Shown piece after piece: positions 50,469 to 64,000 of a stretch of 64,000 nucleotides of DNA. Position 1 is the first letter of the stretch, and each line of letters begins with the position of its first letter. The stretch is from the human T2T-CHM13v2.0 reference genome, Homo sapiens. A model generated the notes under the pieces. It was given only the letters and a program-made list of their open reading frames with translations. It did no database searches and was not told the origin of the DNA. The stretch lies in the NCBI RefSeq assembly GCF_009914755.1, contig NC_060938.1, one strand, 5' to 3'. Position numbers and translations under genes: made by a program.

Positions 50469-50925
50469 TGTATCAATGAGGGCTCTTTCTGATGTAAATT
50501 TTGAGAAATTCAACCTTAGTTGTTTTAAGTAAGTAAAAAGAAGGTTTATTGATCATCTGATTGAAAAACCTAAGGCAGGGCTAGCTATAGATGGTTCACT
50601 TGGGCCAGTTTCTTCCCCAGCATCCTCCTTCATGTGTTCAGGTTCTTTGGGAAAGAGGGAGAATCTCTATAAGTCCCATAGTGGGAAGAGGAGACCCATT
50701 AATCCTGACCTGGGTTGTGTGTTCAGAGATGAGCCAACTCTGGGCAGGAAAATAAGATGCTCTGAATGACCAGGTGCAAATCACAGGCTTTACCTGGGCC
50801 CAGGTGTTGGAGTCAGCGCCCCTGGAAGCTGTGGACTGAGCTGGGAATTTATACCTGACAAGGATCAGGGTGCAGGAACCATGGGGAAGGTGAACAAATA
50901 TTTGGCTACAAAATTAAATCTCCAT
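50469..50925 (-). mobile_element. Old MLT1-like LTR
   Basis: gagaaattcaacc...ttaagtaagtaaaaagaaggtttattgatcat...tgaaaa and ctctgaatgaccagg resemble the MLT1J/K antisense sequence. Confidence 0.5.
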
Positions 50926-50987
50926 TGCAGTAATTGCCAGATGTAAAATTTCATGAATTCTTTATTCAAAATTATGATGAAATTCTA

Positions 50988-52259
<1,272 letters not shown>

Positions 52260-52771
52260 TATTATACCGCTGTTCAGTTAGCAGGAATTAAAAAGTTTGG
52301 CAATTGTTGTTGAAAAAGTTAAGCAACAGAAACTCTCTCATACCCTTCTGATGGGAGTGCACATTACAGCTGCTTTGGGAAATAGTTTGGCTTTAGAGTA
52401 TAAGCTAGCAATCATACTTCTAGGTATGTACACCAGAGAAACACATGCCTAAAGTGATTGAGATAGCTGTACCAGAAAAATCTTAAGTCGTGTTTATATT
52501 TGCTCCAAAGCAGAGACCACCCTCGGGGATGAGAATGGATAACTAAATTATGGTATATTTACTGAGTAGAATATTACACAGCAATGAAAATAAACTACAG
52601 ACACAGCAACAACAAAAAAGGCAAAGAAAAAAGCAAGACAAGAATATATGTAGTATGATTTTGTTATTTTCATCTGCTTCTGGTTTTTATATAAGTTATG
52701 TTTGGTAGGGCTGCACACCTAGGTGATAAATCTCTAAAGAAAAGTTTGGAAATGATAAACCATAAAAGTTA

Positions 52772-53103
<332 letters not shown>

Positions 53104-53419
53104 TTACGTATGTGGTGGAAGGGTTTTGGGGTCAGATAGAGGCACCCAGCCTTTCTGGAGTTCTGGCAATGCTCCATCCCTTGGTGGTAGTTGGACTGGT
53201 ATTTATGTAATAACTTCATGAAACGGTATACATATGTTTTCTATGCTTTTCTATAAGTAAGTAATACCTCATAGTAAAAGCAGTTTTAAAATAATCAGAT
53301 TTTATAGTGCATGTTCCATTAAAAAAATGTGGAAAATCCCCAAAGCACATGCATATACAGTAGTTAATCATGTTTTATCTTAAATTTATTCATATTATAG
53401 AAATTTACCTTTTGAAATT

Positions 53420-53720
53420 TCATTTTTATTTATTTGAGATGGAGTCTCGCTCTGTCGCCCAGACTGGAGTGCAGTGGTGTGCATGATCTCAGCTCACTGC
53501 AGCCTCCGCCTCCTGGGTTCAAACTATTCTCCTGCCTTAGCCTCCCAAGTAGCTGGGATTACAGGTGTGTGCCACCACGCCCAGCTAATTCTTGTATTTT
53601 TGGTAGAGATGGCGTTTTACCATATTGGCCCGGCTGGTCTCGAACTCCTGACCTCAGGCAATCCACCCTCCTCGACCTCCCAAAGTGCTGGGATTACAAC
53701 ATGAGCCACTGCGCCTGGCC
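53420..53720 (-). mobile_element. AluS
   Basis: TSD ttgaaatttcattttta. Confidence 0.9.
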
Positions 53721-54440
53721 TTGAAATTTCATTTTTAAAAGCTCTAAAAATTTTCCAGGTGAGAATTGACCAACTATTATTATTTTCTGGGTAAGGGACT
53801 CCACTACAGTAATTAAAGAAGGATAAGGTTGGCGTTGCTTTGCTCCTTTTTTTATTGAAGTCCTTCCTTCCTGATCAAGCTTCCATATATCTCCTTAAAA
53901 CATATGACACACAGGTATGCCACTAAAAAACTTAATTTGTGTAGATTTCTTTCTTCAGCTGTTACTTTTTCATCTTGCATAAAAATCAAGTAATTAAATT
54001 TTAAAACATCCTGAACATATTCATTTTTGGCTTTAGCAATTTCATTCTTCAGCAGATGTATTTGACTTTCTATATACATGGCACTTTGGTTTGGTTTGTG
54101 TCTGACCTTATTTTTATTTTTCATTTTTTTTCAAACCAGTATTAAACTGAAAATAATAGACGTCATACCTCATGGCCCAGGAATGAGTGAATAAGTTGGA
54201 AAACCAAGAGTAGTGGCCTGCATCTCTTTGTCCAAGGCCTACTTTCCAAAATCTCTCGGCCCTACCCTTCCCTAGAAGGTTCCCCACTGCAAGGAAGGCA
54301 CAGGCAGCCTGGGGGTGTGACCTGCCTCATGGAGTATTGCATTTTTTGATACAAGAACTATTTGCTCCTTAACATCTTTCTCTAGGAGTTTGAAAGAAAA
54401 GAAATTACTCTGTGTTTCAGTCTCTAACTTGTGATTGAGT

Positions 54441-54680
54441 GGCTGAGGTGGGAGGATCTCTTGAGCCCAAGAGTTCGATACCAGCCTGGGCAACACAGTG
54501 AAACTCTGTCTAAAAAAATAAAATAATTAACTGGGGGTGGTGGTGTGTGCCTGTAGTCCCAGCTACATGGGAGGCTGAGGCAGGCGGATCACTTGAGCCC
54601 AGGAGTTCCAGGCTGCAGTGAGCTAGGATCATGCCACTGCTGCCCAGGCTGGCCATAGACCAAGACCCTGTCCCTTTAAA
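54441..54680 (+). mobile_element. 5'-truncated AluJ
   Basis: Forward Alu starting at ggctgagg. Confidence 0.85.
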
Positions 54681-55189
54681 ACATAATAATAATCTTTCAT
54701 ATGTTAGAATGTTAAAAATAAGTATAAGAAGTTTGAAATGTTTGCATCCAAAGTGAGATTTAATACATAGCTATTTTTGATAAATTGAAAAGTGTCAAGA
54801 AAACTGCTGTTTAAATTTCATTTATAATCATGATCTCATAATAGTACCATTCAATTTTCTCCAATAGTCTCTGGTATTTTTAGTTTGTTTGAAGCAGCGT
54901 CCAAATAATTGCAGTTAACTGATAGGTCTGTTAAGTCTCTTAATCAATAGAATACTTTTCCCCATCCCTTTTTTCCTTGCATTTTATTTGTTGGAAAATC
55001 CAGGCTGATTGTTCAGTAGTCAGAAGTTCCCTCATTCTGGCCTTTGCTGTTTCCACTGGACATGTTCTTCTGCCTGTGGGTGGATATAGAGGCTCGATCG
55101 CTTTCTGGCTCAGCCTTTCAGCACAGGTACTTCAGAGGTGCGTGATGCCCTCACCAGGAGGCACACATCTGCACTGATGTGAGATCCAG

Positions 55190-55343
55190 TGTTGTTGTTG
55201 TTGTTTTTTCCTTTTGTCTTTTTTATTTAAAAATCATGGGGTCTTGCTATGTTGCCCAGGCTGGTTTTGAACTCCTGGCCTCAAGCAGTCCTCCCACCTC
55301 CGCCTCCCAAAGTATGCTGCAAGCTTAAGCCATGGCGCCTGGC
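55190..55343 (-). mobile_element. FLAM / Alu monomer
   Basis: Reverse left monomer. Confidence 0.75.
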
Positions 55344-56661
55344 AGATCTAGTGTTTTTTGAAATCTCATGTTTTATTCTAACAATTGATCGAAACATTAT
55401 AATCTGCTTCTCAATATGGCCATGTTTTATGCTTTTCACGTCTTCAAATACAGTTGACACTCCAGGAAGATGAACCTTATCACATTTGCAACTTCTGCCC
55501 CTTATACAGCCCCGGGGCTCCAGCCCCATGTGGCAGGCGTGACCTAGGGGAAGCCTCCATCTGGAGAAGTGCTGCCTGCACTTGGTTGCATATCGAGTGG
55601 ACTGAGCCCTTGGCTCCTCTCGCTGCTTCCTGTCCAGATGGCAGGACTCTGGTCGTGGGCCAAAAGAGGCACAGTGTCTTTGCATATAATAAGGATTGAA
55701 TGAATACTTTTTAAAAATCCTAACTCTTATGAACCAAGGGATACTGACAATGCTGGGCCCCAAATAACTATTGTTTTCTCAAAGGCTTTAAGACCATGTG
55801 TTATACTGTGATTTAATCAGGTTCTTTCCTAGGAGTCTGCCTGAGTCACTTGGTCTGTGTGTCTCTCCCTCCCTGTCCTAAGGGGGCTTTTCATGTGTGA
55901 CTGTGTTCTGCCTGCCTGTCTGGTAAGAATCCAGCCTCCTGTTACTTGCCCAGGATGCTGACTGTGGGCCCTCTCCCGCAGTGGAACATTTGGCATCAGG
56001 TACCAGGAACAGAGTCAGTATGCTGAAATGTTTGCATGAATGTGGATTTTCAGAAAGCTTTCTTATCAGCAGGGCACACCTGTCTGTTCGTGATCTTTGC
56101 CCTTCTCCCTTTATTGGCATCACTTGGACGATACCTTTAATTGCCCTGCTGGGCTTGATGTTGAGCTGCTTTTCTCCATGTGTGTCGTGTTTTGTGCTTT
56201 CTTGCGGCAGGAGCCTTTTGCTTTGTTTATCTGATGCTTCCCTTTTTTGGTTTTCCCCGGGCTTTCCAGCTCTTGGAGCACCCTTTTGTCAGCAGATGTA
56301 CTTTTGTTTCCAGTTTTTAAATTCTAATTACAGTGTAACTCAACTAAAATCATGGAACTGGGGAACATAAAACAAATCATTAGGGTAATGGAGGCATAGA
56401 AGAAAGTGAAAGGAATCCAGTCCACCTCTTTGCTGTACTAGGTATGGATATGCCTCAGCTGTGAGTGAGGGCCTTCCTGAGTAGCTGACTACAAACTAAA
56501 CTTTTATGAAAGAATTTTCTTAAATAATTAGAGATGCCTTTCATTTAGCTAAAAACAAGACCTCAAAATACAGTAAATTCATGTCTAAGACTGTAGCAAA
56601 CAGTAAGTAAAGTAATAGAGTAAAAATTCTGCTTAAAGAAGACTGCAGAATAAGAATTGCA

Positions 56662-56959
56662 GGCCGAGCGTGCTGGCTCACACCTGTAATCCCAGCACTT
56701 TGGGAGGCCGAGATGGGTGAATCACTTGAGGTCAGGAGTTCAATACCAGCCTGGCCAACATGGTGAAACCCTGTCTCTACTAAAAATACAAATAGTTGGG
56801 CATGGTGGCACACACCTGTAATCCCAGCTACTCAGGAGGCTGAGGCAGGAGAATCGTTTGAACCTGGGAGGCGTAGGATTGAACCAAGATTGCGCCACTG
56901 CACTCCAGCCTGGGCGATAGAGTGAGACTCCGTCTAAAAAAAAAAAAAAAAAAAAAAAA
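56662..56959 (+). mobile_element. AluS
   Basis: Full Alu. Confidence 0.9.
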
Positions 56960-57618
56960 GTTACAGCGCTCAGAGTGCCAGATGCTGCGCTCCTGGTAGT
57001 TTCTGGTCTTGGCCCTTCCTTAGCTCAAAGTGCACTGGCATAGGTGCCATTTTTTAGTCACACAATTCCCTTCATTGTAATTTTCTTAGCACTGTCTTTG
57101 CTTAGTGGATCTGTTGTTGCCATTCAGCAGTACATTTCTCTCTGTGTGGAAGCAAACATCTTCTCAAACCTGATGCTCAGTGAGGATAGGCAGTGGGCTA
57201 TTAAATAGGCAGTGGCCTCAGATTCCCAGCATGTGTATGATTGCCGTGCTAACCAGAGGCGCATGTGTCCAGCATCTGGGCATTGGAACCTGCAAGCTGC
57301 TCCCCCAAATCAGGATGCCAAACATTAATTGGCAAGTTACTAAAAGTTGCCTCAAATACCATCTTTAATGCATTTAACTGAATTTGCATAATTTTTCTTT
57401 ATCAGCACAATAATTATTATAAATATTGTAGAATTGCCATTAACTTATAATTGTCATATCTAAATTTTAGGATAAAAATAGAACTTAACTATTTTTATAC
57501 CCATATATAAGCAAGTGAAGTAAAGGTATTTATGTTTAAATCAAGAAATCTAATCAAAGGTTTTTACAATCCTTCCAAATATGCAATCTCACTTATTTCT
57601 TGCCACTTCTGGTGATAG

Positions 57619-58510
<892 letters not shown>

Positions 58511-58951
58511 AACCACCACAGATAATTTAGAAAAAATTAGCCTTTTAGTTTTAGGAGCTTTCTTTTACAGTGATATTTAGTTTGGGGCCTTTGAACTTGG
58601 TCTTTGCTTTTGGAGCTGTACTTGTAGGTGTTGTTGTTCCAGCCTGGGAACGAGACATGACCGACTCCAGTGCGGCCTGCTTGCTGTCCTCACCATCAGT
58701 CAGTGTGGTCCGTGTGTGAGGCTGCAGTTGTCCTCTTGGCCACTTATTTCTCCTTAATTCTCTGCATGTAATTTAAAACATTATCCCCTGAAACTTAGTT
58801 TTTCATTGACTTCTAATATCTTTACTTCTCCTTTTAATTTTCCTATTGAGATACTTAGGATGACATGAAATTCTTTGGATCTACATATGGACAAACAGAA
58901 TTGTGTCACATAAGGTTCAGTGTGCTAGCTGTTTAAAAAAAATTAAAAACA

Positions 58952-59584
58952 GTTTGTTTTTTTTAGAGACAGAATCTTGCCCTGTCACCCAGGCTGGAGT
59001 GCAGTGGCGTGATCGTAGTTCACTGTAACCTTGAGCTCCTGGGCTTAAGCAGTTCTCCCGCCTCAGCCTCTTGAGTAGCTAGGACTCACAGGCATGTGTC
59101 ACCATGCCAGGCTAATTTTTATTTTATTTTTATATTTTATTTTTATTATTATTTTTTTGAGACAGAGTCTCACTCTGTCGCCCAGGCTGGAGTGCAGCGG
59201 CACAATCTCGGCTTACTGCAACCTCCACCTCCTGGGTTCAAACGATTCTCATATTCTCCTGCCTCAGCCTCCTGAGTAGCTGGGACTGCAGGCTCACACC
59301 ACCACGTCCGGCTAATTTTTGTATTTTTAGTAGAGACAGGGTTTTGCCATGTTGGCCAGGCTGGTCTTGAACTCCTGACCTCAGACGATCCTCCTGCCTT
59401 GCCTCCTAAAGTGCTGGGATTACAGGTGTGAGCCATTGCACCTGGCCTTTATTTTTTTTTAGAGGCTGACTGAGTTTTGCTGTGTTGCCAAGGCTGATCT
59501 CAAACTCCTGGTACTTCAAGCAGTCCTCTTGCCTTGACCTCCCAAAGTGCTGGGATTACAGGTGTGAGCTACCACGTCCTGCCT
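58952..59584 (-). mobile_element. AluJ with a nested same-orientation AluS (~59131-59447)
   Basis: Right arm, full Alu, then left arm. Confidence 0.85.
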
Positions 59585-59704
59585 GCTAGCCATTTTTTTA
59601 TGTTCGTGGTGGTGGTAAGGAGTGGCTACCAGGCTGTGCGGGATTCAGGAATCTGGATGTTCCCCCCACCACCGTTTTTTACCCCACGAAAAAAATTGTA
59701 AACA

Positions 59705-62426
<2,722 letters not shown>

Positions 62427-62433
62427 CTTTTTT

Positions 62434-62964
62434 AAGTGAAAGCAAGTTTATTAAGAAAGCAAAGGAATAAAGAATGGCTATTCCATAGGCAGAGCCCATT
62501 GCCACTCAGCTGCTTATACTTATTGTTACTTCTTGATTGTATGCTAAACAAGGGGTGGATTATTCATGAGTTTTATGGGAAAGGGGTGGGCAGTATCTGG
62601 AACTGAGGGTTTCTCCCCTTTGTAGACCATACAGGGCAACTTCCTGACGTTGCCATGGTATCTGGAAACTGTCATGGTGCTGGTGGAAGTGTCTTTTAGC
62701 ATGCTGATGCATTATAATTAGAGTATAATGAATAGTAAGGACAACCAGAGGTCACTTTCATCGCCATCTTGGTTTTGGTCAGCTTCTTTACTGCAGCCTG
62801 TTTCATCATTAAGGTCTTTATTACCTGTATCTTGTGCCGACCTCCTGTCTCATCCTGTGACTTAGAATGCCTAACCTCCTGGGAATGTAGCCCAGTGGGT
62901 CTCAGCCTTATTTTACTCACCCCCTATTCAAGATGGAGTTTCTCTGGTTCAGACACCCCTGACA
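62434..62964 (-). mobile_element. MER41B-like ERV1 3' LTR (U3-R only)
   Basis: MER41 motifs (gtatgctaaacaaggggtggattattcatg, gtaacttcctgacgttgccatgg-like, ccagaggtcact). TGTCA start on the minus strand. Confidence 0.85.
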
Positions 62965-64000
62965 TGTTTCCCCCCTCCCTTTTACAGCAGAACCCTTAAT
63001 CCTAACAGTCGTAGAGGGACAAAGATCCATCTTCTGTAACTTCTTCAGGCTGAATGGGGCGATGATATTCCTGCCTAACTATGAGGGTCTCTTGTATTCA
63101 GGGTAGAGAAGAGCTCAGTCAGAAAGCATCAATATGGTGAGGGCCATTCATAGCTCTGAGTTCCAACAAAAGGTGGTATCTGGAAGATTAATAAGTGTTC
63201 AGTTTAAGAAAACATTCAGTAAACTTATCCTGCATTCCTACACAAAGAGTACAACAGCAATATATTCCACAACAGTAAAGTAGAATAACTAAAATTATCC
63301 TGAGTAAACTAAACAAGAAGGCTTTCCATGAACTGGGCAGTTGTTGAAACCAAACTGATACATCGGGTTGCTAGCCGACTCCAGTATGTGCCCAGAATTA
63401 GAATATTGATCCAGATTTTTACATTACCCATCTCTCTTGTTTCTTGTGAGCAGCAGCCAGAGATCACTGATTGGTTCACAGGAGTAAGCAGGGTTAGCCT
63501 AAGTTGCAGAAAAAAAACTTAAAAACAACTGATGAGACTAGAATCTAGTAACAGGTGTACCAAGTTCCTGAAACATAATTTATTTTCTCTCTCCGGTCTC
63601 CCATTTTTACTGAAGACAAATCATGGTACAACTGATTTGCTTTATTATACTTGGCCTGATTATTTGTATAAAGTGCAGCAAGAACAGTTATTTTTCACAT
63701 AGGTTTTTAAAATTGGCTTTGATGAAACTTCATTCCATAAAAGGAAGCTTAGATAAGACTTTTTGTTAAAGCCAAGCCCAGCCATGGGTTTGTACCCTCA
63801 AATAACCTGTGAGTTGGGAAATTCCTCTCCTCTTGAGGTCCCAAGATGGCGTGGGGTTCCTGGGCCTGTCGGAAAGTGACATTCTTTACTAACCACAGGT
63901 CAGGAACCCTGCACAGGAACTGTGTAGACAAGGTATGAGGCCAGTTTTCCCAAGGAACTTTTATTGGCTCCATAAGTCAAGTTTGAGTCCTTAAAGGAAA
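62965..64000 (-). mobile_element. MER41/MER4-group ERV internal sequence, continuing beyond the window
   Basis: Polypurine tract (tttccccccctccc on +) abuts the LTR, followed by internal-like sequence. Confidence 0.7.

Overview
Primate genomic DNA, very probably human: an AluYd8-like element is present. The window is Alu-dense (roughly a quarter of it by eye) and holds old L1, L2, MIR, MaLR/ERV LTRs and hAT/Tigger MITEs. I found no convincing multi-exon coding sequence. Almost all listed ORFs are Alu, L1 or LTR translation artefacts. The window looks like the interior of a long intron of a gene probably transcribed on the + strand: most LTRs are antisense to +, and unique DNA looks T/G-rich. 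I cannot name the gene. The best non-repeat signals are (1) a ~65-nt element present twice, 2.3 kb apart, with unrelated flanks (28889-28955 and 31158-31222); (2) a small CpG-dense patch followed by a candidate alternative first exon and an 18-nt in-frame microexon (34231-34843); and (3) a pre-miRNA or H/ACA-like hairpin at 45359. The notable transposon structures are a U5-less, apparently poly(A)-processed MER41 provirus, a tail-less AluYd8, a target site reused three times, and a 5'-inverted L1. Repeat family calls come from recalled consensus sequences and boundaries are approximate.
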